64,000 bases of DNA from an uncultured Pseudomonadota bacterium (lineage in GTDB: Bacteria; Vulcanimicrobiota; Vulcanimicrobiia; Eremiobacterales; Eremiobacteraceae): assembly GCA_963736005.1 (NCBI GenBank), contig CAVTNB010000001.1, positions 768,001 through 832,000 on the forward strand, written 5' to 3'. A program made the position numbers and the translations under genes. The notes below the pieces were generated by a model. That model ran no database searches. It worked only from the letters and a program-made list of their open reading frames with translations, and had not been told where the DNA came from. Below, one piece after another: positions 30,814 to 39,712 of this stretch (position 1 is the first letter of the stretch; each line of letters begins with the position of its first letter).

Positions 30814-31461
30814 TTAAGCGCGCGCGAGATCGCGCCGCTGCGCAAGCAACAGCGCCAGGCGTTCGATGAGATCAGTCGCCGCATACGGTTTGCGCAGCAT
30901 CATGAGAGGCCAGCGTTCTGCGGTGCGCAGCACGTCCTCTTGCTCTAGGTAACCGCTGGCCACAATCAACCCAAGCGTCGGTCGGCTGCTCTTGATATAC
31001 TCGACGATCTCAAGACCATTCATATCCGGCAGACGGAGATCCAACACGATGGCGTCAAAAGGGTCGCGCGTGCGAAGCCGCGCGAGCGCATCCTGACCCG
31101 TGAGGGCGACGTCGACCTTGTGGCCATATTCACGCAACGCCGAAGCAATGGTTTCGCAGAGCACGTCGTCATCTTCGACGAACAAAACCTTACCAAAGCG
31201 TTTGTGGTTGCGGCGAGGACCGTCCACGACGAAGGTCCCAGCACCGTGACGGGCTTCCACAACGCCTTCTTGCTCCAGGAGCGCGAGTGCTTGACGCACG
31301 GTCATCAGCGCAACCCCATATTGTTTGGCTAGGCTTGCCGATGCGGGCAGCTGCTGACCCGGCTTGAGCGAACCACGCGAAATGCGGTCGCGGAGATCAA
31401 CGGCGATCGATTGATATTTTAATATTCGGCGATCTGAAACTGGCATGTAAAACGACGGCAC
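30814..31461 (-). CDS. GntR winged-HTH + C-terminal receiver domain regulator
   Basis: KYQSIAVDLR..LKPGQQLP..TVRQAL..GAGTFV then VLFVEDD..LDLRLP..RKPY. Confidence 0.85.
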   Translation of the reverse strand: MPSFYMPVSDRRILKYQSIAVDLRDRISRGSLKPGQQLPASASLAKQYGVALMTVRQALALLEQEGVVEARHGAGTFVVDGPRRNHKRFGKVLFVEDDDVLCETIASALREYGHKVDVALTGQDALARLRTRDPFDAIVLDLRLPDMNGLEIVEYIKSSRPTLGLIVASGYLEQEDVLRTAERWPLMMLRKPYAATDLIERLALLLAQRRDLARA

Positions 31462-31517
31462 CGGTCTATTGGCGTCTGACAGAGGGGCAGTTTCTGGACT
31501 TTTCCAAACATACCCTC

Positions 31518-32498
31518 GTGACCCAACACGCCGAGTGGCCCTTGCAGTTTGGCGACATCACAGCAGCCGAGCAGCGTCTGCGCGGGGAAGCCTGGCACAC
31601 GCCCGTCTTGCGAATCGAAGAGCTCGACAAACGATCGGGCAATGCGCTCTTCGTCAAGTGCGAGAATCTTCAGCGCATAGGCGCCTTCAAGTTTCGCGGC
31701 GCTTATAACCGGCTCTCCCAGCTGAGCGCGGACGAGCGACGCGCCGGGGTCGTGGCCTTCTCCTCAGGCAATCACGCGCAAGGAGTCGCGCTGGCTGCTC
31801 AGCTGTTGGGCATCAAAGCGACCATCGTCATGCCCGCCGATGCGCCTGCCACAAAGCTCCAATCCACGAGGGAGTTGGGAGCTCGGGTTGTCACGTTCGA
31901 GCGACGTACCGAAGATCGCGAAAAGATTGCTGAGCAGATTCGCGCTGAAAATAACGCCACGCTGGTGCCACCATTCGATGACTACAGGATCATGGCCGGG
32001 CAGGGCACGGTAGCGCTCGAGCTGTGTCGCGAGGTCCCCGATCTCGATGCGTTGTTCGTTCCGCTCGGCGGTGGTGGGCTGCTCTCTGGAAGCGCGGTGG
32101 CCGCAAAAGGTCTGCGACCGGAGATTGCGCTCTACGGCGTCGAGCCACAGGCGGGCAACGATTGGGAACGTTCGTTTCAAAAGGGCGAGCGCGTGCGGAT
32201 AGCCATTCCCGATACCATCGCCGACGGTTTGCAAGCGACATCGCCCGGTGCGCTCGCCTGGCCGATCGTGCACGCACTCGTCGCGGGCGTTCTCACCGTT
32301 TCTGACGATGAAATTCGACAGACGATGCGTCTGCTTTTTGAATTCGGCAGGCTCGTCGTCGAACCATCGGGCGCGGTCGCCGTCGCTGCAGCAATGTTTC
32401 ACAAGACGGCGCTGCGCGGCAAGCGAATTGGAGCGATCATCTCAGGTGGCAATGTGGACCCGCGGGAGTTTTGCAAACTCATTTCAAGCGCTAGCTGA
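31518..32498 (+). CDS. PLP-dependent threonine/serine dehydratase (serine racemase-like)
   Basis: KCENLQRIGAFKFRGA, SSGNHAQG, GGGGL, ISGGNVD. Confidence 0.93.
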   Translation: MTQHAEWPLQFGDITAAEQRLRGEAWHTPVLRIEELDKRSGNALFVKCENLQRIGAFKFRGAYNRLSQLSADERRAGVVAFSSGNHAQGVALAAQLLGIKATIVMPADAPATKLQSTRELGARVVTFERRTEDREKIAEQIRAENNATLVPPFDDYRIMAGQGTVALELCREVPDLDALFVPLGGGGLLSGSAVAAKGLRPEIALYGVEPQAGNDWERSFQKGERVRIAIPDTIADGLQATSPGALAWPIVHALVAGVLTVSDDEIRQTMRLLFEFGRLVVEPSGAVAVAAAMFHKTALRGKRIGAIISGGNVDPREFCKLISSAS

Positions 32499-32565
32499 GG
32501 TCGATGGGTACAGGGGCCATGGCCTGTCCCTCGAATACGTCGAGTACGACAGAGGAGGTTTTGCT

Positions 32566-32943
32566 ATGGCAAAGACCGTTGCTCTCATTTTTGGCATCAT
32601 CTATACGCTTGTCGGTATCATCGGTTTCCTTCCCGCCTTGGGTGGCACATTTGGCATGGCTCCCAGTGCGTTGCTCAATATCTTCAGTATCAATGCTCTT
32701 CACAACGTCGTTCACTTGGTCATCGGTGTTGGGGCGTTGATCGTTTCGGGCACTGAAGAAAAAGCAGCTCCATTCTTGCGCACGTTTGGATACATTCTCA
32801 TCCTCATCGCCATTGTGGGCTTCTTTTGGAAAAACCCGTTCAATATTTTGCCGATTGGCGGCCCAGACGTTTGGCTCCATCTTGTCACCGGGCTCATCTT
32901 CGTGTGGGCCGGGATGACCTCCGCACGCCCGGCCACTGCGTAA
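32566..32943 (+). CDS. DUF4383-like small integral membrane protein
   Basis: Four TM segments, NALHNVVHL and WLHL motifs; SD GGAGG upstream of ATG 32566. Confidence 0.8.
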   Translation: MAKTVALIFGIIYTLVGIIGFLPALGGTFGMAPSALLNIFSINALHNVVHLVIGVGALIVSGTEEKAAPFLRTFGYILILIAIVGFFWKNPFNILPIGGPDVWLHLVTGLIFVWAGMTSARPATA

Positions 32944-33018
32944 CCTTCCGCGGGATCGCGCATCGACGAGCGGGCGACTTGACAGTCGCCCGCAATTATT
33001 TGGTCAAGGCCTCGAGTT

Positions 33019-33882
33019 GTGACTGACTTTACCTTCATAACCTATCGCGATTTGCCAAACCTCGACCCAGACGATCGTCTCGCCGCCGACTTGTTACGAC
33101 AGCGAGGCTTTACCGTTGGCGTGGCGGTCTGGGACGATCCCTCGGTTACATGGGCGAACGGCGGCATTTGCGTTTTGCGCTCCACGTGGGATTACAATCT
33201 GCGACTTCAGCAGTTTCTTGCTTGGGCTGAATCGGTTGCAGCGATTGCACCATTGTATAATCCGATCTCTTTGGTCCGGTGGAACAGCCATAAAAGCTAT
33301 TTGAAAGACCTCGCGGCGCGGGGCGTGCCGGTTGTTCCAACCCACTGGCTGAAAATTGGCGCGCAGGTTGACCTTGCAGCGATTCTCCGCGAACTGCGCT
33401 GGGAACGAGCAGTCGCCAAACCGGCCGTCGGCCTGTCGACCTACGGAGTGAAGGTCGTCGACGCAGGTCCGGACGCGCAGGCGCATGTCAATGAGCTGCT
33501 GCGCGAATATGACGTTATGCTGCAACCATATATTACCTCAGTCGACGATTATGGCGAGCGGGCGCTGACGTTCATCGATGGAATCTATTCCCATGCGACG
33601 CGCAAGACCGCATTTCAGTCGCTTGCGCCTGCGGGTGAAGCGGGAGAGACTGCAGCGCAAGCCACAGGAGAGGAGATTGCAGTTGGAGTGGCCGCGATGC
33701 GGGCGCTGGAGGAACCGGCTCTGTATGGACGCGTCGATATCGTCCGCGATAGCGCAGGCGCACCACGAGTGATTGAAATGGAGCTCGTCGAGCCAACCCT
33801 CTTTCTCGGAATGCACCCGCGCGCAGCAACTCGCTTTGCCGATGCGCTGGCCAAACGTGCGCGCTCACGGTCGCCATGGTGA
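33019..33882 (+). CDS. ATP-grasp ligase (RimK/glutathione synthetase-like)
   Basis: LRSTWDY, WNSHKSYL, VAKP, GRVD, EMELVEP. Confidence 0.87.
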   Translation: MTDFTFITYRDLPNLDPDDRLAADLLRQRGFTVGVAVWDDPSVTWANGGICVLRSTWDYNLRLQQFLAWAESVAAIAPLYNPISLVRWNSHKSYLKDLAARGVPVVPTHWLKIGAQVDLAAILRELRWERAVAKPAVGLSTYGVKVVDAGPDAQAHVNELLREYDVMLQPYITSVDDYGERALTFIDGIYSHATRKTAFQSLAPAGEAGETAAQATGEEIAVGVAAMRALEEPALYGRVDIVRDSAGAPRVIEMELVEPTLFLGMHPRAATRFADALAKRARSRSPW

Positions 33883-34571
33883 TTTATCATTTTTGCAACG
33901 ATACGTTTGGCAGACCGTTTCCGGCGGTGTCAGCTGCGTTTGCGAAAGCGAGTGGGCTGCGGATCGTTCGGGTGTTGGCTGAGAAGCCGCCCGAATCTTC
34001 GCTTGCTTCGATGTCGAAAGCGATTCGCAGACCCGCAAGTCGCGCGCTTCGACGCGTTCAGCGGATGTTAACTAGAGCTCCCAGTCATGGTGAGGATTTG
34101 CCGACTCTCTATGTAACTGACGTCAACGCTCAAAGTTTCCGGCGATATATCAAAAAGGGCGACGCCGGCGTCATCACGGGCTTCAATCAGATCTTTAGCG
34201 CGGAGACGATCGAACGCTTCAGCTCGTTCGTGAATCTGCATCCCTCAATATTGCCGCTCTACCGCGGACCGGTTCCGACCTACTGGTGCATTCGCAATCG
34301 CGAACGCTTGACTGGATTCACCTTGCATAAGGTGACTCCCAAGATTGACGTAGGCGAAGCGCTGTATCAGGAAGTTGTTCCCATTGAGGGCGAGACCGAT
34401 GTGCTCGGTCTCGAGCTGAAGATCGCTCGCGCTGCGCTGCCGATGTTCTCGCGTTACTTAGAGCACCTTGCAACCGGCATGGAATGGGTGCCTCAATACG
34501 TTGATGCGTTCACCGTATACCAAACGCATCAGAACTACGCGACGTTTCCGGAGCTAGAATCTTTGGGATGA
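33876..34571 (+). CDS. Formyltransferase-family protein
   Basis: NLHPSILPLYRGPVP, GFTLH, IDVG; its stop overlaps the tRNA-Leu 3' end. Confidence 0.82.
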   Translation: MVIYHFCNDTFGRPFPAVSAAFAKASGLRIVRVLAEKPPESSLASMSKAIRRPASRALRRVQRMLTRAPSHGEDLPTLYVTDVNAQSFRRYIKKGDAGVITGFNQIFSAETIERFSSFVNLHPSILPLYRGPVPTYWCIRNRERLTGFTLHKVTPKIDVGEALYQEVVPIEGETDVLGLELKIARAALPMFSRYLEHLATGMEWVPQYVDAFTVYQTHQNYATFPELESLG

Positions 34572-34896
34572 CCGGGACTCGAACCCGGACGCCCTTTCGG
34601 GCGACAGATTTTCGCACCACTATGGCTTTCGCCACCACGTAAAGCGGACCTAAAGGTCCGCTGCTACATTGTTTGTGGTCCGGACTGTGCCTTGACCATA
34701 TCGCTTTGCCGCGACGTAGGCCGCGCCCATCCAGTCTCTACGCCTTCTTTCGTGCGTGCATCGAAAGCTTGGTTCGGCGTTGTCACGCCCCGCGGGCAAG
34801 AGAGTTCGCCGAGTTTGAGCGCATCCCGAAGGCGGTTTCCCAATCCTTCGGCTCCAAACGGAAGTCTGTCGTGTCTGCCGATTTCACCATCATCCC
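34564..34896 (-). tRNA. tRNA-Leu(UAA), intron-containing; exons 34896-34862 and 34612-34564
   Basis: Joined exons GGGATGATGGTGAAATCGGCAGACACGACAGACTT^AAAATCTGTCGCCCGAAAGGGCGTCCGGGTTCGAGTCCCGGTCATCCCA form a class II cloverleaf; CCA not encoded. Confidence 0.93.
34613..34861 (-). ncRNA. Group I intron (IC3-like), 249 nt, no ORF
   Basis: Follows exon U, ends in G; P1 CUU|C..GGAG with U-G at the splice site; P CTCAAACTCGGCGAA, Q AACGCCGAACCAAGC, R GTAGAGACTGGATGG, S AAGGCACAGTCC. Confidence 0.92.
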
Positions 34897-34951
34897 ACGA
34901 TCGGCGTCGATATCGTTGGCTTTCGCCGTGTCAAACGCCTCGGTGACTGAA

Positions 34952-35134
34952 CTAGCGGCGTCCAGCCTCATCGTAGCTTCGTGCCATCGGGTATAATCTC
35001 GCAAATCCAGCAATCGAGAGCACACCGAAGATGACAGCATCCCATGGGAAACCGCTATCACCGATGCTCAGGGACATCCAGAACACCGTGATCGCGATGT
35101 TGAGCATGCAGCCGATCCACCAAAGCACAACCAT
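34952..35134 (-). CDS. Small two-TM hypothetical protein
   Basis: 60 aa hydrophobic ORF filling an intergenic gap, SD GAGGTGG. Confidence 0.45.
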   Translation of the reverse strand: MVVLWWIGCMLNIAITVFWMSLSIGDSGFPWDAVIFGVLSIAGFARLYPMARSYDEAGRR

Positions 35135-35166
35135 AACAATTCCACCTCAGTGGATTATCGGCATTT

Positions 35167-35281
35167 GGGCGACTTGACAGTCGCCCACTACGTTGGCGCG
35201 GGCGGCGGGAATGGGGCGATTTTCCAATCGCCCCCTACAGGGCGCGGACGGCATTTGGGCGATTTTCCAATCGCCCGCTAC
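35167..35281 (-). repeat. Three tandem REP family A hairpins (about 45-bp period)
   Basis: Copies at 35167, 35213 and 35257; the last supplies the TAG stop of the upstream minus-strand gene. Confidence 0.88.
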
Positions 35282-37401
35282 ACGACTGGGGCGAGGACGA
35301 GGAGCTCGTTTACCCCTTCGTCCAGCACTTGCTGGGCGAAGCTTTTTGGCCCCAGCCATCGCGGCTTCGTGCGAACCCCCTCCACAACAAACGTTGCTCC
35401 TGGGTGCGCCGCACCCATTCGCGCCAAGCCCCTCGCGGGGTTGGTGTCGGAATCGACCACCCAACGCCCATCGAGCATCCGCGTTGTTTCGCTCAACGTC
35501 TTGAGCGCAGCGCTTTGCGCGGCTTGCGCCGACGAGCTCACATGCACTACCGTAAAATCCGCATTGAGACGCTTGGCAAGCCGCGCCGCACGCTGCACGA
35601 GCACCGTGTCGCGCTCCCGAGCTGCGACCCCGAGCACAATTTCGCGGACGACATGCGGCACGCGCGTCGTTGCGCGCGCCCTCAGTGCTTCTCGCAAGGC
35701 GAGCTCGCGCAGCGCTGTGAGATTCTCGGTCCGAAAGAACGAACTGAGCGCTGCTTCAATCCGTTCCTTTGGATAAATTTTCCCCGCGCGGAGGCGATCG
35801 CGCAGCGTCTGGGCGCTGGCGTCGATGAGAACGACGTCGTCTGCCAGCTCCAAGATGCCATCCGGCATCGTCTCGCGTACCGTTACGCCCGTGAGCCGGC
35901 GCACGATGTCATTGAGACCTTCGAGATGTTGAACGTTGAGCGTAGTCAGCACCGAGATCCCCGACCTCAGGACGCTGAGAACGTCTTCATAGCGCTTGGG
36001 AAATTTGCTGCCGGGGGCGTTGGTGTGCGCAAGCTCGTCGATGAGGGCAACCTGTGGGCGGCGCTTAAGCAGCGCTTCGAGATCGAGCTCTGAATAGCGC
36101 ATCCCACCACTGACGATCTCTAATCTCGGTAACGTTTCCAGGCCTTCAAGTTTCCGGGTCGTATCGACACGCCCATGTGTCTCGACAAATGCAATGACGA
36201 CGTCGACACCTTCGCTTTTCAATTGGTGTGCCTGGTCGAGCATCGCATAGGTCTTGCCGCATCCGGCCGCCGCGCCCAGATAGACGGTGAGGCGACCGTA
36301 ACCCACGCGCATCCGATCGCCAGCCGTGCGCGCGTACGGATGCTGGCCAAAATCGTACGGTCCTTCTCGCTCGACGGGTTCGACGAGCCTCGAGGCGACG
36401 AACACATCGCGATCGATAGGGAGCTTCAGCAATTCGCTCGATACCCTGCCTTTCGGCAGCGCGACAAACGAAGCTGCGAGGTCGCGAAGTTGTGGTCTTG
36501 CAAAATCAAACGTCGAGTTCGACACGACGTGCGCGCCAACGGACGTGGCGACTCGCGCAACACTCTCTTCGCCGAAGCCGGGCGCTGGCAACACGGCGAG
36601 ATCGAGATTGAAGGCGTCCGCAAACGCGCCGACCCGGGCAAGAAACGCTTCAGTATTGAAGCCCGGGAACAAGAGCGCGAGCGCCGTTGACATGCGAGCG
36701 GCGGGGAGCTCCGGCACTGTGAGGTCATCAATGGTCCGCAGCATCATCTCGCGCAATGCGCGCAACGTCTGCGGCCGAAATGGGCCTTGCAACGCGCGCT
36801 CGATATCATCTTTGCGCACGATAGCGCCCGCGTAGAGGCGCGCTTCAAGCTGCTCGCGCTCCACGTCGATGGCAATAACCTGGTCTGCCGCTTTGAGAAA
36901 CGTCAGCGGCACGATTTCCCGAATGGGGAAGCCGATGAGGGCTTCTGCCGTCGGTGCGACGGTATCGAGGTGCGCGATGTTCATCGCACCGAGCACGCTG
37001 ATGCCGGCAGCGCGCAGGGCGAGGGCGTCTTGCCAGCGCTTCGCGTGCACGGATCCGGGAAGATTCGTGTGCGCAAGCTCATCGAGCACAATAGCCTGTG
37101 GTCGCGCAGCCAGCGCGGCTTCGAAGTCAAACTCGGGGAACGTCGTCGCTCCAACTTCAACCATTCGCGGGGGGATGCGCGGCAGACCCTCGCACAGTCT
37201 CTCGAGATCCGCCCTGCCTTTTGTTTCGATCCATCCGAGCACGACGTTGGTGCCGCTCTGTTGTAACTGTCGAGCTTCGCCGATCAGCCGATACGTCTTG
37301 CCCGCTCCGGGAGCGAAGCTGACGAACACCGTGAGGCGCGCCTGGGCCCCAATCTCCTTGAGGAGCTCGGTTGGGGTGGGGCGCTGCGCACGTGCGTCCA
37401 T
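35278..37401 (-). CDS. Soluble protein with two KdpD N-terminal sensor domains and a USP-like C-terminus
   Basis: LTVFVSFAPGAGKTY..DELAHTN..KRWQD and LTVYLGAAAGCGKTYAML..DELAHTN..KRYED; no TM or kinase domain; start ATG 37401. Confidence 0.88.
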   Translation of the reverse strand: MDARAQRPTPTELLKEIGAQARLTVFVSFAPGAGKTYRLIGEARQLQQSGTNVVLGWIETKGRADLERLCEGLPRIPPRMVEVGATTFPEFDFEAALAARPQAIVLDELAHTNLPGSVHAKRWQDALALRAAGISVLGAMNIAHLDTVAPTAEALIGFPIREIVPLTFLKAADQVIAIDVEREQLEARLYAGAIVRKDDIERALQGPFRPQTLRALREMMLRTIDDLTVPELPAARMSTALALLFPGFNTEAFLARVGAFADAFNLDLAVLPAPGFGEESVARVATSVGAHVVSNSTFDFARPQLRDLAASFVALPKGRVSSELLKLPIDRDVFVASRLVEPVEREGPYDFGQHPYARTAGDRMRVGYGRLTVYLGAAAGCGKTYAMLDQAHQLKSEGVDVVIAFVETHGRVDTTRKLEGLETLPRLEIVSGGMRYSELDLEALLKRRPQVALIDELAHTNAPGSKFPKRYEDVLSVLRSGISVLTTLNVQHLEGLNDIVRRLTGVTVRETMPDGILELADDVVLIDASAQTLRDRLRAGKIYPKERIEAALSSFFRTENLTALRELALREALRARATTRVPHVVREIVLGVAARERDTVLVQRAARLAKRLNADFTVVHVSSSAQAAQSAALKTLSETTRMLDGRWVVDSDTNPARGLARMGAAHPGATFVVEGVRTKPRWLGPKSFAQQVLDEGVNELLVLAPVV

Positions 37402-37455
37402 GAGTGGATTCTTCTGCCAGGTCAAAAGCTTTTCCAGCCGAAGCGTCCGATTGAA

Positions 37456-39078
37456 ATGCAGAACTCCGCAAACATGAGACCACACCTGACGCTCATTGTC
37501 TGCATTGTTCTTCTCCTCGGCGCGTTTGCGTTTGACATGATAACGCCGCAAGCGCTCGTGGCAGCGATTCTGTTGACCATTCCCGTGGCGTTGAGCAGCT
37601 TGCTTCTCAACCGCAAGATCACGGGGACATTTGTCGTCGCGGCGCTCGTGGCCGACGTCGTTGCCGGTTGGTACAACGGCGCAGTCGAAGGACATCACTG
37701 GAGCACGATTGCCATCGCCAACCGGGCGCTGGCGGCGTTCTCCATCATTCTTGTCGGCGTGCTCGGCACGCTCGCGCAAGCAGCAGCGCAACGAAGCGGC
37801 CAAATTGCGGCCGAGCACCGTCAGGCCGAGCGAGAGCAGGCACTGCGCCGAGCCATGGAAACGATTCGTTCGTCGCTCAACGTCGAACTCGTCGCGCGGG
37901 CAATCGTACGGGAAGCGGTTGAGGCCCTGGGCGTCGACAGCGCTCGCCTTTATACGATTGAGAGCCATAATTTGGGAGCGACAACCTTCACGTGGGTCGC
38001 CGGCGGCGAGGACGTGAGCGTCAGCTGCGACCGTCCGAGCGCAGAGCTGCTTTCTCTGTTACAGCGAAGTCTCAGCGAGCGGCATCTCGTTGCGATAACC
38101 GAAGCCGATGCGCTGGGAAGGTTTGCGCTCGCGACGCTGGGCGCGGCACGCGCGATATGCGTCCCCTTAGTGAACTCCCAAATCACGTTTGGCATGCTGC
38201 TCTTGGCCGTCAAAGATGAGGGAAGTCTGCCGCCGGATATCGAGCAGTGGGTGGGAATCTTTGCCGAACAAGCCACCGTCGCGGCCGCTCAAGCCTCACT
38301 CTTTGTCGAGCTCGCCGATCGCAACGCCGAACTCCAGCAGGCAAACGAGACGCTGCAACGGCGTGGCGAGGTCATCCGTGACCTCGTGTATGCGTTATCT
38401 CACGACCTACGCACGCCCCTCACTGCGGCCGCGATGACCATGCAACAGGCACTCGACGGCGTTTACGGTCCGCTGCCGGAAAAGTATCGTGAAATTCTTC
38501 TCCGCTCGATTGTGTCGAACGACGAGCTTCGGCGGCTCGCCGAAACGTTGTTGCTCGTCGCTCGCTACGAGTCAGGCGAGCAATCGACCAGTCGCGAGCC
38601 CGTTGAGCTGGACGGTCTCGCCACGAGCGTGGTCACGGAGCTTGAGCCACTCTGGCGCGCGAAGCACATCGACTGCGCGGTTCGATCGGACGGTAAGTCG
38701 GCAATTTTAGGCGACGAGGCCGAGCTTCGGAGAGCGCTCACGAACCTGTTGGCCAACGCCATCAACTGGACGCCCGAAGGAGGCCACATTTGGATTACGA
38801 TCGCGCCCGCCGGCGCGAGAGTTTTGGTACGGGTTGAAGATGACGGCTACGGCGTTCCGCCACATGTGCGCAAGCAACTCTTTCAGCGCTTTGGCCCCGG
38901 CGATCACTCGCGACAAGGTGCGGGATCGGGGCTAGGTTTATACCTCGTCCGGCTGATCGCGGAAAATAACGGGGGAACGATTCGTTATGAACCCCGTGAA
39001 GGCGGGGGCAGCACCTTTGCGATCGATTTACCTGCCGCGCAAGCCGATGTAGCATCGCGAATTCATTCGCGAGTTTGA
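37456..39078 (+). CDS. Membrane sensor histidine kinase (4TM-GAF-HisKA-HATPase)
   Basis: N-terminal TMs, GAF-like segment, SHDLRTPLT, NLLANA, GSGLGL. Confidence 0.92.
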   Translation: MQNSANMRPHLTLIVCIVLLLGAFAFDMITPQALVAAILLTIPVALSSLLLNRKITGTFVVAALVADVVAGWYNGAVEGHHWSTIAIANRALAAFSIILVGVLGTLAQAAAQRSGQIAAEHRQAEREQALRRAMETIRSSLNVELVARAIVREAVEALGVDSARLYTIESHNLGATTFTWVAGGEDVSVSCDRPSAELLSLLQRSLSERHLVAITEADALGRFALATLGAARAICVPLVNSQITFGMLLLAVKDEGSLPPDIEQWVGIFAEQATVAAAQASLFVELADRNAELQQANETLQRRGEVIRDLVYALSHDLRTPLTAAAMTMQQALDGVYGPLPEKYREILLRSIVSNDELRRLAETLLLVARYESGEQSTSREPVELDGLATSVVTELEPLWRAKHIDCAVRSDGKSAILGDEAELRRALTNLLANAINWTPEGGHIWITIAPAGARVLVRVEDDGYGVPPHVRKQLFQRFGPGDHSRQGAGSGLGLYLVRLIAENNGGTIRYEPREGGGSTFAIDLPAAQADVASRIHSRV

Positions 39079-39079
39079 C

Positions 39080-39712
39080 GTGCCAAGCGTTGTGTTGGTG
39101 GAAGATCATGCACTAACCCGAGCCGGTCTGCGCGCCGCGCTTGCCGAGGCTGGATTCGAGGTCGTCGGCGAGGCGGCCGATGGATTGCGCGGCCTGGAAG
39201 AAGCGTCGCGCCTCAGGCCAGATATTGCCGTGGTCGACCTCGGATTACCGGGACTTGACGGAATTGACCTTACCCGACGCTTGCGCCAAGCCGTACCCGC
39301 CACCCGGGTCGTTATCTTGACGATGCACGACCTCGACACGGAGGTACTCGCGGCGCTGGCCGCCGGCGCCGATGCGTACTGTGTTAAGACGAGCAACCCA
39401 CAGGGGGTAATAACCGCGGTGCGTGTTGTTAGCGAAGGTGGCGCGTACTTTGACCCGGCTGTCGCACATGTCGTGCTTCGCAAGATAGCGAATCCCAGTG
39501 CTCCCTCCACAAAGGCAAGCTCGCCCCTCTCACCGCGCGAAACCGAGATTCTCAAACTGATTGCCGACGGTGTTGGAAATGCAGAAATCGCAGAGCGCTT
39601 GAGCATCGGCTTGGGAACCGTCAAGGGTCACGTGCGCGACATCTTGGAAAAGCTCTCCGCAGCGGATCGCACCCAGGCTGCAGTCGTAGCGCTACGGCGC
39701 GGAATTATCTAG
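39080..39712 (+). CDS. NarL/LuxR-family response regulator
   Basis: VLVEDH..DLGLPG; LSPRETEIL..GTVKGHV..ILEKL. Confidence 0.94.
   Translation: MPSVVLVEDHALTRAGLRAALAEAGFEVVGEAADGLRGLEEASRLRPDIAVVDLGLPGLDGIDLTRRLRQAVPATRVVILTMHDLDTEVLAALAAGADAYCVKTSNPQGVITAVRVVSEGGAYFDPAVAHVVLRKIANPSAPSTKASSPLSPRETEILKLIADGVGNAEIAERLSIGLGTVKGHVRDILEKLSAADRTQAAVVALRRGII

Noticed and set aside
32248..32565. 5' extension of ORF 32248-32943
   Set aside because: Overlaps the dehydratase in another frame; a strong SD supports ATG 32566
34673..35061. ORFs 34673-34996, 34692-34946 and 34783-35061
   Set aside because: They overlap the tRNA-Leu and intron and show no homing-endonuclease or other motif
37402..37968. 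N-terminal 189 aa of the 896-aa ORF
   Set aside because: Antisense to the histidine kinase; KdpD similarity begins only after ATG 37401
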